Shown here in pieces: positions 38,601 to 49,379 of a stretch of 64,000 nt of DNA. The notes below the pieces were generated by a model that had not been told where the DNA came from, made no database searches, and worked only from the letters and a program-made list of their open reading frames with translations. The stretch lies in sequence record OQ689735.1; one strand, 5' to 3'. How positions within the stretch are numbered: the first letter of the stretch is position 1; every line of letters starts with the position of its first letter. The DNA comes from Escherichia phage 4E10. The position numbers and the translations under genes were made by a program.

Positions 38601-39884
38601 ATGGCTAAAATCAACGAACTTCTGCGCGAATCAACCACAACGAATAGCAACTCAATCGGTCGCCCAAATCTCGTTGCTTTGACTCGCGCTACCACTAAAT
38701 TAATATATTCTGACATTGTAGCAACGCAAAGAACTAATCAACCTGTTGCTGCTTTTTATGGTATCAAATACCTTAACCCAGATAACGAATTTACATTTAA
38801 AACTGGTGCTACTTACGCCGGCGAAGCTGGGTATGTAGACCGAGAACAAATCACAGAATTAACAGAAGAGTCTAAATTAACTCTCAATAAAGGCGATTTA
38901 TTCAAATATAATAATATCGTTTATAAAGTATTAGAAGATACACCATTTGCTGATATTGAAGAAAGCGATTTAGAATTAGCTCTTCAGATTGCAATCGTTC
39001 TTTTAAAGGTTCGTCTATTTTCTGATGCTGCAGTAACAAGCAAATTTGAAAGCTCTGATAGTGAAATTGCGGATGCTAGATTCCAGATTAATAAATGGCA
39101 AACCGCAGTTAAATCTCGTAAACTTAAAACTGGCATCACAGTTGAATTAGCACAAGATTTAGAAGCAAATGGATTCGATGCTCCTAATTTCTTGGAAGAT
39201 TTGCTTGCAACCGAAATGGCGGATGAAATCAATAAAGATATTCTGCAGTCTTTGATTACAGTATCAAAACGCTATAAAGTTACAGGAATTACTGATACTG
39301 GATTCATTGATTTGAGTTATGCATCTGCACCTGAAGCTGGTCGTTCATTATACCGAATGGTGTGTGAAATGGTTTCACATATCCAGAAAGAATCAACTTA
39401 TACAGCAACGTTCTGTGTTGCTTCAGCTCGCGCCGCTGCGATTCTTGCTGCATCAGGTTGGTTAAAACATAAACCAGAAGATGACAAATATCTTTCACAA
39501 AATGCCTACGGGTTCTTAGCTAATGGTTTACCGCTTTATTGCGATACCAACAGCCCATTGGATTATGTAATCGTGGGTGTAGTAGAAAATATTGGTGAAA
39601 AAGAAATTGTTGGATCAATTTTCTATGCTCCGTATACAGAAGGCCTTGACTTAGATGACCCTGAACATGTAGGTGCATTTAAAGTTGTAGTTGATCCAGA
39701 AAGTTTGCAGCCATCTATCGGTTTATTAGTTAGATATGCTTTATCTGCAAATCCTTACACTGTAGCAAAAGATGAAAAAGAAGCAAGAGTAATTGACGGT
39801 GGAGACATGGATAAAATGGCGGGTCGTTCAGATTTGTCTGTTTTATTAGGTGTTAAGCTACCAAAAATTATCATTGATGAATAA
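38601..39884 (+). CDS. 24: capsid vertex protein
   Basis: 427 aa; TATAAATA at 38566; similar to gp23. Confidence 0.9.
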   Translation: MAKINELLRESTTTNSNSIGRPNLVALTRATTKLIYSDIVATQRTNQPVAAFYGIKYLNPDNEFTFKTGATYAGEAGYVDREQITELTEESKLTLNKGDLFKYNNIVYKVLEDTPFADIEESDLELALQIAIVLLKVRLFSDAAVTSKFESSDSEIADARFQINKWQTAVKSRKLKTGITVELAQDLEANGFDAPNFLEDLLATEMADEINKDILQSLITVSKRYKVTGITDTGFIDLSYASAPEAGRSLYRMVCEMVSHIQKESTYTATFCVASARAAAILAASGWLKHKPEDDKYLSQNAYGFLANGLPLYCDTNSPLDYVIVGVVENIGEKEIVGSIFYAPYTEGLDLDDPEHVGAFKVVVDPESLQPSIGLLVRYALSANPYTVAKDEKEARVIDGGDMDKMAGRSDLSVLLGVKLPKIIIDE

Positions 39885-39912
39885 AACAAAGGGACCTTTC
39901 GGTCCCTTTTTA
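39883..39912. terminator. bidirectional terminator between convergent genes 24 and rnlB
   Basis: GGGACC-UUUC-GGUCCC hairpin flanked by an A-run upstream and a T-run downstream. Confidence 0.65.
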
Positions 39913-39913
39913 T

Positions 39914-40918
39914 TTAACTTACCAATTCAATCCAAGCCGGACGAAGTACATCTTGTACCATTTTAACTAATTCCTTTTTAACCAAAGAAGGACTATCCGC
40001 TTGAGTTAGAGTAATACCTTCACGAGAAGTTTCTTCCAAAATATCTTGAACAGTTAGTCCCATCACCTTTCCAAAATCTTTTGGACCAATTTCGCCAATT
40101 TTAGAAATAACGTTATTTACTCGGTTCAGTGTAACGTAACAAGCTAAAATTCCCACCAATTTGTTATCAGCTTCTGACAGTTCAACTTTAGCTTTAATAG
40201 GCTTATCAGACTTTTTCTTTTCACTAAATTTAGAGTTCTTGCATTTGATGGCTACACGATTGCGATTAGGCAGCCAAGAAGGATAACAAGGTTTCAATAC
40301 ATATCCTTCAGCGGTAAATACTTCGCCTTTTGCTTCGGCATTCCAAACGCATTTATTTGCATCAACTAATCCAGCGTGGTCTGCTGCAAAATTATAATCT
40401 TGGACGACAGAATCTAAATCATTTGGCAATTTAATAAGTTCTTCAAATTTACCGCGACCTAAAAGTGGAGCCATTTTAAATTTAAATGTATTACAGAATG
40501 ATTCCATCATATAATCATCGACATAAGTCACATCACCACTTTCTGTAGTAACAATAATGTCAAATACATAAAAATCTTTATCGCCATAATCGACATTCTT
40601 CTGAATGCCAGGTCCGGCGAATTCACCGAAGACTTGATAAGATACAACCGCTGAAGTTTCCATAATATCTTGTACTGCTTTAATGGAATCAGCGTAATTC
40701 TTCAAAATAATTTCATACCCAAAGAAATCTTCAGCAGGAAGAATAGGACCAGTACGTTTAGCGCAAGTTACTTTATCACGCTCAATAATCAATGAGAAAT
40801 TTGTGCCGTGAATTTTTTCACGAGCTACCCACTCCCCACCAGTCAATCCCAAGCTATAAAGTTTTTCAATAAATTTAGAGTTGTAATGATTTTCAAGACT
40901 GCTATACTTTTTAAACAT
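39914..40918 (-). CDS. rnlB: RNA ligase 2
   Basis: 334 aa; nucleotidyltransferase motif KIHGTN; position after gene 24. Confidence 0.9.
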   Translation of the reverse strand: MFKKYSSLENHYNSKFIEKLYSLGLTGGEWVAREKIHGTNFSLIIERDKVTCAKRTGPILPAEDFFGYEIILKNYADSIKAVQDIMETSAVVSYQVFGEFAGPGIQKNVDYGDKDFYVFDIIVTTESGDVTYVDDYMMESFCNTFKFKMAPLLGRGKFEELIKLPNDLDSVVQDYNFAADHAGLVDANKCVWNAEAKGEVFTAEGYVLKPCYPSWLPNRNRVAIKCKNSKFSEKKKSDKPIKAKVELSEADNKLVGILACYVTLNRVNNVISKIGEIGPKDFGKVMGLTVQDILEETSREGITLTQADSPSLVKKELVKMVQDVLRPAWIELVS

Positions 40919-40927
40919 AATTAATCC

Positions 40928-41206
40928 TCAAAATGTAATTTCTAACCAATCACCATCACGCTGATCACTATTGACTTTAAAGCTAAATCCTTCTTTTCTC
41001 AGCCAATCACCAATTTCTTCAGTAATCAATTTATCACGAGCAATACAATAATAACTAAAATGCGTTTTACCTCGTTCAGCTGCTTTATTAGCAAGTTCCG
41101 AAAAATCTTTAATAAAACATTCTAGCTTAAACTGTTTACTTTTGAATGCTTTTTCGCGTAATTGATTAGCAAAAGATTCATTTTCATAAAGATCATACTG
41201 TTCCAT
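40928..41206 (-). CDS. hypothetical protein
   Basis: 92-aa ORF between rnlB and hoc. Confidence 0.55.
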   Translation of the reverse strand: MEQYDLYENESFANQLREKAFKSKQFKLECFIKDFSELANKAAERGKTHFSYYCIARDKLITEEIGDWLRKEGFSFKVNSDQRDGDWLEITF

Positions 41207-41408
41207 TTTTCACCTTTTTATTGATATGTCTTTTTCTATAGACAACTTTTTCTCGAGTTTCAAATTTATTCTTAGCAGTCATAGCTCGAGCCCATAATAC
41301 AGCCACTTCTTTTGCCTGTAAGTTTAATTCACGAGCAATTTCAATGAATGACTTTCCAGACTCATGAAGAGTAAACACCACAACCTCAGTTCTCATAATC
41401 AATCTCAT
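41193..41408 (-). CDS. hypothetical small basic protein, possible helix-turn-helix
   Basis: 71-aa ORF; SGKSFIEIARELNL resembles an HTH. Confidence 0.5.
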   Translation of the reverse strand: MRLIMRTEVVVFTLHESGKSFIEIARELNLQAKEVAVLWARAMTAKNKFETREKVVYRKRHINKKVKNGTV

Positions 41409-41469
41409 GTTATCGAGTTGGTACCATTATATACATCATTTTCTGATTGTGTTTTGTGTGCTTTCAAAA

Positions 41470-41491
41470 TGAAGAAAGGGGCCGAAGCCCC
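41470..41491 (-). terminator. terminator after hoc
   Basis: minus-strand GGGGCUUCGGCCCC hairpin followed by UUUCUUCAUUUUG. Confidence 0.5.
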
Positions 41492-41497
41492 TTATGA

Positions 41498-42916
41498 TTA
41501 TGGATAGGTATAGATGATACCAGTTTCTAAAGCAGTTTTATGAATGATATATCCATTACGCGATTCTTGGACATCAACTTCTGGATAGTCTTTCATCATC
41601 TTCTGAAGAGTGTAACGATGCAGGTAGTATTTACTATCTGAATCTTCAGTTTTCCAATCTTTACCTTCTTCAGTCATTTTTTGAATTTCATCCATAACCC
41701 ACCAACCGCACCAGATATAAGCTGAGCTACGATGTGGAAGAGGATGAACATAAGGTAATTCACCTTCTGGTTCCGGAGCAACTTTATCAGTCACTTGAAC
41801 TTGACCTGTGGCTTTAACTGTTTTACTATCATAGTCAGTTGCTGTAACGACAGCAGTAACTTCAATAGTTTGACTTCCAATAGATGAGGTATCAACAGTA
41901 TATACGTTAGTTGACCCTTCCACAGGAGAAGAATCTTTCTTCCATGAGTAAGTAATTTGTGCTGCTTCAGGTGCGCCAGTAACATTAGCAGTAAATGTAG
42001 CCGAAGCATCTTGCTGAACATTAATAGAAGGAGGAGTCAATGTAACCTGTGGATTCATTGTCTTCTTATTAACTGTCAATGATACTTCATTGGAAGTAAC
42101 TGTTTTTGCGTCATAATCCGTTGCTGTTACTTGGGCTACGCATTTAATTCTTTTTACTCCACTTGTAGTTGGAGTATAGTTAAATGTAGAGTTAGTTTCT
42201 CCACCAACTTGTGAATCATCTACATACCACTGATACGTGGCAGACGCTCCATCAGGTTGAGAAACTAAAGCAGCAGTAAATTGAACCGGGGTTCCAATTA
42301 CTCCAACAGCAGGACTAGCAGGAGTTACTGCTAAGGTAGTTGTCTGTGTCTTTTTATTAACCGTCAATGATACTTCATTAGAAGTAACTTCCTTTGCATC
42401 ATAATCTGTCGCGGTTACTTGAGCTACACACTTAATTTTTTTAACTCCGCTTGTGGAAGGAGTGTAATTGAATGTAGCAGAAGTTGCTTCGCCCACAGGA
42501 GAACCGTCAACGTACCATTGATACGTAGCAGATGCACCTGATGGCTGTGAAGCTAAGGCAGCGGTAAATTCAACAGCTGTTCCGATTACTCCTTCTGGAG
42601 GACTATTAGGAGTTACTGCTAAGGTAGTTGTCTGTGTCTTATTTTGAACTGTGATAGTTGTAGTAACTGTAGCTGTTTCAGCTTCAGCTTCTGGAACTGG
42701 GTTTGTTGCAACTACTTTAATAGTCTTTTGACCGGCAGGTCCTTTTAGTACATAGCTAAAAGTTGCTGACGTTTCTTCCTGCGGAGCGTCGTCTACAGTC
42801 CAAGCATATGTAATAGGTCCATCTCCAGTTTGACCACTGGGTGTAGCAGTAAACTGCTGAGTCTGATCTATAACTCCAGTAGGTGTTTTAGGAGTTATAT
42901 CAACGGTAAAAGCCAT
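41498..42916 (-). CDS. hoc: highly immunogenic outer capsid protein with an extra duplicated Ig-like domain
   Basis: 472 aa (T4 Hoc recalled as 376 aa); tandem Ig-like repeats with a 96-aa unit duplicated; terminator after the stop. Confidence 0.85.
   Translation of the reverse strand: MAFTVDITPKTPTGVIDQTQQFTATPSGQTGDGPITYAWTVDDAPQEETSATFSYVLKGPAGQKTIKVVATNPVPEAEAETATVTTTITVQNKTQTTTLAVTPNSPPEGVIGTAVEFTAALASQPSGASATYQWYVDGSPVGEATSATFNYTPSTSGVKKIKCVAQVTATDYDAKEVTSNEVSLTVNKKTQTTTLAVTPASPAVGVIGTPVQFTAALVSQPDGASATYQWYVDDSQVGGETNSTFNYTPTTSGVKRIKCVAQVTATDYDAKTVTSNEVSLTVNKKTMNPQVTLTPPSINVQQDASATFTANVTGAPEAAQITYSWKKDSSPVEGSTNVYTVDTSSIGSQTIEVTAVVTATDYDSKTVKATGQVQVTDKVAPEPEGELPYVHPLPHRSSAYIWCGWWVMDEIQKMTEEGKDWKTEDSDSKYYLHRYTLQKMMKDYPEVDVQESRNGYIIHKTALETGIIYTYP
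42061..42636. repeat. tandem direct repeat, 2 x 288 bp, inside hoc (duplicated Ig-like domain)
   Basis: unit 42061-42348 and unit 42349-42636 align along their length with scattered substitutions, in frame (96 codons each). Confidence 0.8.
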
Positions 42917-42925
42917 AAGTTATCC

Positions 42926-43606
42926 TTATTTTAATGTTACGAAAGAAGAATTGCGTGTTTCACGAATTAGAACTGATCCGTCACGATTAATGTAGTAAAT
43001 TAAGCTAAATAAAGTTTGGTGTGCCGACGCGTGTTCAAAACTAGTTGGGTGAGATTTCCAATCCGGAGTTTCAGCAATCCACTGGTAAATCCACCAAGGA
43101 ACAGTGCAAAATCCTGGATTTTTTCCAATCAGCTGAAGATTCGGGCTAAAGTTTTCCGGAAGAGTAAATACAGACGGCTTTTCAGATTCAATAATCTCAG
43201 CTACAGCCTGTTCGAATTTTTCTTCAACGAAAGGAGTATCTTCAATCAAAATATTGGTATTTTCAGGAATTTTATCCGTTTCTACGACTTCAATTTTAAT
43301 GTCAGATTTAACCGGAGAATCAATCAGAAGTGCTGCTTCTGGATTGACTTCTTCATCGTCATTTTTTAACCCCTCTGCAGCATCAGCAGCATCGATTAAG
43401 TCTTTAATAGATAACCCATCAGTCTCTGGCATAGGTTCACTAGCGAGCTTCTGGAGGGCTTCTTCAATATCAACAACGATATTATCAAAAGATTTATTCT
43501 TTTTGACTTTTATACCAAACTGTTCAGCATATTCAGCTAATTTAGCTTTAGCTTCTTTATTATCATCAAGAGCCTTCAGCTCTGCAATATAATCTTTATC
43601 TATCAT
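42926..43606 (-). CDS. inh: prohead protease inhibitor-like protein
   Basis: 226 aa; position between hoc and uvsW as in T4. Confidence 0.7.
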   Translation of the reverse strand: MIDKDYIAELKALDDNKEAKAKLAEYAEQFGIKVKKNKSFDNIVVDIEEALQKLASEPMPETDGLSIKDLIDAADAAEGLKNDDEEVNPEAALLIDSPVKSDIKIEVVETDKIPENTNILIEDTPFVEEKFEQAVAEIIESEKPSVFTLPENFSPNLQLIGKNPGFCTVPWWIYQWIAETPDWKSHPTSFEHASAHQTLFSLIYYINRDGSVLIRETRNSSFVTLK

Positions 43607-43619
43607 AATATTTCCTCAG

Positions 43620-43627
43620 TATAAATA
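43620..43627 (+). promoter_or_regulatory. late promoter for uvsW
   Basis: TATAAATA 30 bp upstream of the ATG in the inh-uvsW divergent region. Confidence 0.55.
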
Positions 43628-43656
43628 TAGATATATTTATTACATGGTATTTAGAC

Positions 43657-45168
43657 ATGACTGACATTAAAGTACATTTTTATGATTTTAGTCACGTGAG
43701 AATTGATTGTGAAGAAAGTACATTTCATGAACTCCGTGATTTCTTTAGCTTTGAAGCTGATGGGTATCGTTTTAATCCGAAATACAAATATGGTCACTGG
43801 GATGGACGAATCCGTCTTTTAGATTATAATCGTCTTCTTCCATTCGGCTTAGTCGGGCAAATTAAAAAGTTCTGTGATAACTTTGGCTATAAAGCCTGGA
43901 TTGACCCACAAATTAACGAAAAAGAAGAATTATCAAGAAAAGATTTTGATGAATGGATTTCTAAATTAGAAATCTATTCAGGAAATAAAAGAATTGAACC
44001 ACACTGGTATCAAAAAGATGCAGTGTTCGAAGGATTAGTTAATCGTCGTAGAATTCTTAATCTTCCAACATCCGCAGGTAAATCTTTAATTCAAGCTTTG
44101 CTTGCTCGATATTATTTGGAAAATTATGAAGGTAAAATTCTTATCATTGTTCCAACAACTGCTCTGACAACTCAGATGGCTGATGACTTTGTTGACTATC
44201 GTTTATTCAGTCATGCAATGATAAAGAAAATCGGCGGTGGAGCATCAAAAGATGATAAATATAAAAATGATGCACCAGTCGTTGTTGGTACATGGCAAAC
44301 TGTAGTAAAACAACCGAAAGAATGGTTCTCACAGTTTGGAATGATGATGAATGATGAATGTCATCTTGCTACAGGAAAAAGTATTTCATCTATCATATCA
44401 GGTTTAAATAACTGTATGTTTAAATTTGGTTTGTCTGGTTCATTACGTGATGGCAAAGCTAATATCATGCAGTATGTTGGAATGTTTGGTGAAATATTTA
44501 AGCCAGTAACGACTTCTAAATTAATGGAAGATGGACAAGTAACTGAGTTAAAAATTAATAGTATTTTTCTTCGCTATCCCGATGAGTTCACTACTAAATT
44601 AAAGGGAAAAACTTACCAAGAAGAAATAAAAATTATTACTGGACTCAGTAAAAGAAATAAATGGATCGCTAAATTAGCTATTAAGCTTGCGCAAAAAGAT
44701 GAAAACGCTTTTGTCATGTTTAAGCATGTATCACATGGTAAAGCTATTTTCGATTTAATTAAAAATGAATACGATAAAGTTTATTACGTATCAGGGGAAG
44801 TTGATACCGAAACCCGCAATGTAATGAAAACCTTAGCTGAAAACGGTAAAGGAATAATTATAGTAGCTAGTTATGGTGTATTTTCTACTGGTATTTCAGT
44901 TAAAAATCTGCATCACGTTGTTTTAGCACACGGTGTTAAATCTAAAATTATTGTATTGCAAACAATAGGTCGCGTATTACGTAAGCATGGTTCTAAAACA
45001 ATCGCAACAGTCTGGGATCTTATAGATGATTGCGGTGTTAAGCCAAAATCTGCTAATACGAAAAAGAAATACGTTCATTTGAACTATCTTTTAAAACACG
45101 GCATTGATCGTATTCAGCGCTACGCAGATGAAAAATTTAATTACGTAATGAAAACAGTTAATTTATAA
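43657..45168 (+). CDS. uvsW: RNA-DNA and DNA-DNA helicase
   Basis: 503 aa; SF2 helicase DECH box (MMNDECHLATG); late promoter upstream. Confidence 0.95.
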   Translation: MTDIKVHFYDFSHVRIDCEESTFHELRDFFSFEADGYRFNPKYKYGHWDGRIRLLDYNRLLPFGLVGQIKKFCDNFGYKAWIDPQINEKEELSRKDFDEWISKLEIYSGNKRIEPHWYQKDAVFEGLVNRRRILNLPTSAGKSLIQALLARYYLENYEGKILIIVPTTALTTQMADDFVDYRLFSHAMIKKIGGGASKDDKYKNDAPVVVGTWQTVVKQPKEWFSQFGMMMNDECHLATGKSISSIISGLNNCMFKFGLSGSLRDGKANIMQYVGMFGEIFKPVTTSKLMEDGQVTELKINSIFLRYPDEFTTKLKGKTYQEEIKIITGLSKRNKWIAKLAIKLAQKDENAFVMFKHVSHGKAIFDLIKNEYDKVYYVSGEVDTETRNVMKTLAENGKGIIIVASYGVFSTGISVKNLHHVVLAHGVKSKIIVLQTIGRVLRKHGSKTIATVWDLIDDCGVKPKSANTKKKYVHLNYLLKHGIDRIQRYADEKFNYVMKTVNL

Positions 45169-45193
45169 GGGCTTCGGCCCTTTGGAGAAAAAG

Positions 45194-45424
45194 ATGTTAC
45201 TAGAATTTAAACAATTTCTTTATGAAGCTTCTATTGATGAATTTATGGGTAAAATTGCCTCTTGTCAAACGATAGAAGGTCTAGAAGAACTTGAAGCTTA
45301 TTATAAGAAAAGAGTTAAAGAAACTGAATTAAAAGATACTGATGACATCTCAGTCAGAGATGCTTTGGCAGGAAAAAGAGCTGAATTAGAAGATTCAGAC
45401 GATGAAGTAGAAGAAAGCTTTTAA
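45194..45424 (+). CDS. uvsW.1: UvsW.1 small protein
   Basis: 76 aa from ATG 45194 (track ORF starts at TTG 45182). Confidence 0.7.
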   Translation: MLLEFKQFLYEASIDEFMGKIASCQTIEGLEELEAYYKKRVKETELKDTDDISVRDALAGKRAELEDSDDEVEESF

Positions 45425-45479
45425 ATTAAAAAAGGCCCAACCAAAAAGGAAGGGCCAAAACTATAGACTAAAGGTCACA

Positions 45480-45647
45480 CTATAGCAAAAGTTGTGTTTC
45501 ATTTAATTGTTCTTCCGAACTTTCTGAAACTGGTAGTTCTTTAATGTAATTATAGCAAGGCCCAGGATGTACAGGACCTTTGTCTGTTTCAACAACCAAT
45601 GCAGAATCGATTGGAGTTTTACAGACAACGCAAATCTTATCTGACAT
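45480..45647 (-). CDS. small Cys-containing protein, possible zinc ribbon (not in ORF track, below 60 aa)
   Basis: 55-aa ORF MSDKICVVCKTPID...HPGPC with AGGAGA SD; TATAAATA late promoter on minus strand about 25 bp upstream. Confidence 0.55.
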   Translation of the reverse strand: MSDKICVVCKTPIDSALVVETDKGPVHPGPCYNYIKELPVSESSEEQLNETQLLL

Positions 45648-45672
45648 GATTGTCTCCTCTAAATTATATATC

Positions 45673-45680
45673 TATTTATA
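45673..45680 (-). promoter_or_regulatory. late promoter for the 55-aa Cys-containing ORF
   Basis: TATAAATA on the minus strand about 26 bp upstream of ATG 45647. Confidence 0.5.
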
Positions 45681-45900
45681 TAACTCTCATATGCATATCA
45701 ATGCCCATATCTTTAGAATAAAAATATTCATCAAGATATCCAGCAAATTTTCCTTTAACATAAAGTACATCTTCACCGCATGGGTGGTCGGTCAGGATAC
45801 GAATATCCTGACGCTTGAGATTGTACTTTTTCATTAAGAATTGAATTTCCGTTTCAAATTCTTCTTCATAATTAAAAGCATCATCAATGCTATATTTCAT
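45676..45900 (-). CDS. hypothetical protein
   Basis: 74-aa ORF; TAATG coupling with the uvsY stop. Confidence 0.55.
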   Translation of the reverse strand: MKYSIDDAFNYEEEFETEIQFLMKKYNLKRQDIRILTDHPCGEDVLYVKGKFAGYLDEYFYSKDMGIDMHMRVI

Positions 45901-46313
45901 TATTTTCCAGCCTCAAATGCTCGCATGTCTTGAATATGCTTAATAGCAAATCCGCGTGATTTAATAGCATCAAGAGCTCCGCTACAGAAATCCAATAAAA
46001 TTCCCCAATATTGTAATGAAGTATCAACTTTTAAAACATCCTTATCAGCTGATAGAACTGTCTTCATTTCTGATTTCTCATAACGGTCCATACTAAATTC
46101 ATCACCATCTCCTCGTCCCGAGTAGTAGTCTAATTTAGCTTTAAGAGCAACTTTTTTCTGCGCATCAATTCTAAGCATTTCCTTTTTAATACTTGAATGC
46201 TTATTGAGCCATTTACTATATAACATCACATTATTAGCTGCTTCATACTGTAATTTAGTCGAATCTATAAACACATCTTTCTTCAATTCTTCTTGAAGAT
46301 CTTCTAATCTCAT
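45900..46313 (-). CDS. uvsY: recombination mediator protein
   Basis: 137 aa; size and position match T4 UvsY; middle-type promoter upstream. Confidence 0.9.
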   Translation of the reverse strand: MRLEDLQEELKKDVFIDSTKLQYEAANNVMLYSKWLNKHSSIKKEMLRIDAQKKVALKAKLDYYSGRGDGDEFSMDRYEKSEMKTVLSADKDVLKVDTSLQYWGILLDFCSGALDAIKSRGFAIKHIQDMRAFEAGK

Positions 46314-46349
46314 ATTGTTCTCTATTCAATTGTTATTGGATGGACTTAG

Positions 46350-46380
46350 ATTCATTATACCACGTTTATACGTGAAGCAT
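46350..46380 (-). promoter_or_regulatory. candidate middle (MotA-dependent) promoter for uvsY
   Basis: minus strand TGCTTCA (MotA box), 13 bp, TATAAT, 35-65 bp upstream of the uvsY ATG. Confidence 0.45.
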
Positions 46381-46778
46381 TATACTCTGTTACTGGAAGC
46401 CAGTTGTAGTTTTATCTGCTCAATATCATCAGGGTTATCGATGACTGAAAAGCGTATTTCTACTATCAGAGTATAATCATCATAAACCGGTATTACATTA
46501 ACTGCTAATTTATCAATACGTGGCTCGTAGTTTCTTACTGCGCTTTCAATGTTACGCTCAACGGTATCAGCAGTAAGAGGAGTCATATTCTCAAAAAGCT
46601 GATCAGATAAATCGCATCCAAATTCTGGGTCAAATGGCCTTGACCCTTTCCTGGTTGTAATAATTCCTAAAAGGCTATTTTTAATTGACCTTAATCCAAG
46701 AGATCTTGAAACATCTTTGTCCCAATCCATTTTCATTTCTGGGTCAATGTCAGAATAAAGCTTATTAATATTTGCCAT
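46380..46778 (-). CDS. 25: baseplate wedge subunit
   Basis: 132 aa; synteny. Confidence 0.9.
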   Translation of the reverse strand: MANINKLYSDIDPEMKMDWDKDVSRSLGLRSIKNSLLGIITTRKGSRPFDPEFGCDLSDQLFENMTPLTADTVERNIESAVRNYEPRIDKLAVNVIPVYDDYTLIVEIRFSVIDNPDDIEQIKLQLASSNRV

Positions 46779-47404
46779 TACAATAGCTCAAAGAATTCTT
46801 TGAGCCCTCTTATTACATGAGCGTGAGTTTTTCCACACTCTGGACACTTAATTGGAACAGCCAAATAAACAGTAGGCTTTAAAAGCATATCTTTTATAGC
46901 TACAATATCTGACTCTGTGATGATAGAGTATAAATCTTCCAGTTCTTTTTCATTTAAGTCTTCAACTGGAATGCTTTCACCATTAGCATGAATCGTTTCT
47001 ATGCATGATACTATCATGTGGGCTATATTTTTATCATCAAAAATTTTAGGGTAATGGAACTTAATTTTAATGTCACCCAGTGTATACCAGAGGTCTTCTG
47101 GTGCATCTATTTGTGTATGTAATAGATTTATATGGGTTGGTATTTCAGTTCCACAGGTGCACTTCCAGGAGTTTTCGTGATTAACTTCTCCAAGAGAATG
47201 CGCCCATAAATGAATCAACAGTAGTTCTGATTCTTGACGGTTTAAATCTTTTGCATTTGTACAGTCTTTAATTAGCTTTTTAACGATCTCTTCTACTGAA
47301 CCGTTCTTTTTAGCAGTAATAAGTTCTAGATATTCTTTAAGAGTAAATGCGCGGCAGTTGATTATTTTAGAACCAACTCTCACGTCAAATTTGTATTCAT
47401 ACAT
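46778..47404 (-). CDS. 26: baseplate hub subunit
   Basis: 208 aa; divergent late promoter shared with gene 51. Confidence 0.9.
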   Translation of the reverse strand: MYEYKFDVRVGSKIINCRAFTLKEYLELITAKKNGSVEEIVKKLIKDCTNAKDLNRQESELLLIHLWAHSLGEVNHENSWKCTCGTEIPTHINLLHTQIDAPEDLWYTLGDIKIKFHYPKIFDDKNIAHMIVSCIETIHANGESIPVEDLNEKELEDLYSIITESDIVAIKDMLLKPTVYLAVPIKCPECGKTHAHVIRGLKEFFELL

Positions 47405-47425
47405 ATTTAGCTCCTTTATTTATCA

Positions 47426-47433
47426 TATTTATA
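47426..47433 (-). promoter_or_regulatory. late promoter for gene 26
   Basis: TATAAATA on the minus strand overlapping the plus-strand copy. Confidence 0.55.
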
Positions 47434-47437
47434 AATA
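47430..47437 (+). promoter_or_regulatory. late promoter for gene 51
   Basis: TATAAATA 18 bp upstream of the ATG; overlaps the divergent gene 26 promoter. Confidence 0.55.
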
Positions 47438-47454
47438 GAATAAAAGGAGCATCT

Positions 47455-48204
47455 ATGGCAAACATTATTCGTTGTAAATTACCAGATGGTGTTCATCGTT
47501 TTAAACCATTTACGGTAGAAGATTATCGAGATTTTTTGTTAGTTCGAAACGATATAGAACATCGGTCACCACAAGAACAAAAAGAAATAATTGCTGATTT
47601 AATTGCTGATTATTTTGGAGACTATCCGAAGACTTGGCAACCATTTATATTTTTGCAGGTATTTGTAGGGTCAATAGGTAAAACTAAAGTACCGGTCACA
47701 TTTGTGTGTCCAAAATGTAAAAAAGAAAAGACAGTTCCATTTGAAATATATCAAAAAGAATTAAAGGAACCTGTTTTTGATGTAGCTAATGTTAAAATTA
47801 AATTAAAGTTTCCTTCTGAGTTTTATGAAAATAAAGCAAAGATGATTACTGAAAATATTCATTCTGTTCAAGTAGATGAAATATGGTATGATTGGAAGGA
47901 AATTAGCGAATCGAGTCAAATAGAACTTGTTGATGCCATCGAGATAGAAACATTAGAAAAAATTCTCGATGCAATGAATCCTATTAATTTAACATTGCAT
48001 ATGTCATGTTGTAATAAGTATGTAAAAAAATACACTGATATAGTAGATGTGTTTAAGCTATTAGTTAACCCAGATGAAATATTTACTTTTTATCAAATCA
48101 ATCACACGCTCGTAAAAAGTAATTATAGCTTAAATTCAATAATGAAAATGATTCCTGCTGAGCGCGGATTCGTATTAAAACTGATTGAGAAGGATAAACA
48201 ATAA
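47455..48204 (+). CDS. 51: baseplate hub assembly protein
   Basis: 249 aa; synteny. Confidence 0.9.
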   Translation: MANIIRCKLPDGVHRFKPFTVEDYRDFLLVRNDIEHRSPQEQKEIIADLIADYFGDYPKTWQPFIFLQVFVGSIGKTKVPVTFVCPKCKKEKTVPFEIYQKELKEPVFDVANVKIKLKFPSEFYENKAKMITENIHSVQVDEIWYDWKEISESSQIELVDAIEIETLEKILDAMNPINLTLHMSCCNKYVKKYTDIVDVFKLLVNPDEIFTFYQINHTLVKSNYSLNSIMKMIPAERGFVLKLIEKDKQ

Positions 48205-49379
48205 TGAGTATGTTGCAACGCCCAGGATATCCAAATCTCAGCGTTAAATTATTTGATAGCTACGACGCTTGGAGTAATAATAGATTTGTTGAATTAGCTG
48301 CTACTATTACCACATTAACTATGCGGGATTCTCTTTATGGCCGAAATGAAGGAATGCTGCAGTTTTATGATTCTAAAAATATCCATACAAAAATGGATGG
48401 AAATGAAATAATTCAGATTTCTGTAGCTAATGCAAACGATATTAATAATGTTAAAACACGAATTTATGGATGTAAGCATTTTTCCGTGTCAGTAGATTCA
48501 AAGGGTGATAACATCATTGCTATTGAATTGGGAACTATTCATTCTATAGAAAATCTTAAATTTGGCAGACCGTTTTTCTCTGATGCAGGTGAATCTATAA
48601 AGGAAATGCTTGGTGTCATTTATCAGGATCGCACGTTATTAACTCCAGCAATAAATGCTATAAATGCTTATGTTCCTGATATTCCATGGACTAGCACATT
48701 TGAAAACTATTTGTCGTATGTCAGAGAAGTTGCTCTAGCTGTAGGAAGTGACAAATTTGTATTTGTGTGGCAAGACATCATGGGAGTTAACATGATGGAC
48801 TATGATATGATGATAAATCAAGAACCATATCCAATGATTGTCGGTGAGCCATCTTTAATAGGTCAATTCATCCAAGAATTAAAATATCCATTAGCATATG
48901 ATTTCGTTTGGTTGACTAAATCGAATCCTCACAAACGCGACCCAATGAAAAATGCTACTATTTATGCTCATTCATTTTTAGATTCTTCATTGCCAATGAT
49001 TACTACAGGAAAGGGAGAAAACTCTATTGTAGTATCAAGGTCAGGTGCTTATTCTGAAATGACTTATAGGAATGGCTATGAAGAAGCTATTCGTCTTCAA
49101 ACTATGGCGCAATATGACGGCTATGCTAAATGTTCTACTGTCGGTAATTTTAACTTGACTCCTGGCGTTAAAATTATTTTTAATGATAGTAAAAACCAAT
49201 TTAAAACAGAATTTTACGTTGATGAAGTTATCCATGAATTATCCAATAATAATTCAGTAACTCATCTATATATGTTCACTAATGCAACGAAACTGGAAAC
49301 AATAGACCCAGTTAAGGTTAAAAATGAATTTAAATCTGATACTACCACTGAAGAAAGTAGTTCTTCCAATAAGCAATAA
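48204..49379 (+). CDS. 27: baseplate hub subunit
   Basis: 391 aa; synteny. Confidence 0.9.
   Translation: MSMLQRPGYPNLSVKLFDSYDAWSNNRFVELAATITTLTMRDSLYGRNEGMLQFYDSKNIHTKMDGNEIIQISVANANDINNVKTRIYGCKHFSVSVDSKGDNIIAIELGTIHSIENLKFGRPFFSDAGESIKEMLGVIYQDRTLLTPAINAINAYVPDIPWTSTFENYLSYVREVALAVGSDKFVFVWQDIMGVNMMDYDMMINQEPYPMIVGEPSLIGQFIQELKYPLAYDFVWLTKSNPHKRDPMKNATIYAHSFLDSSLPMITTGKGENSIVVSRSGAYSEMTYRNGYEEAIRLQTMAQYDGYAKCSTVGNFNLTPGVKIIFNDSKNQFKTEFYVDEVIHELSNNNSVTHLYMFTNATKLETIDPVKVKNEFKSDTTTEESSSSNKQ

Noticed and set aside
45580-45837. Plus-strand 85-aa ORF
   Set aside because: Overlaps the minus-strand late gene 45480-45647 and 45676-45900; AT-rich, low-complexity translation.
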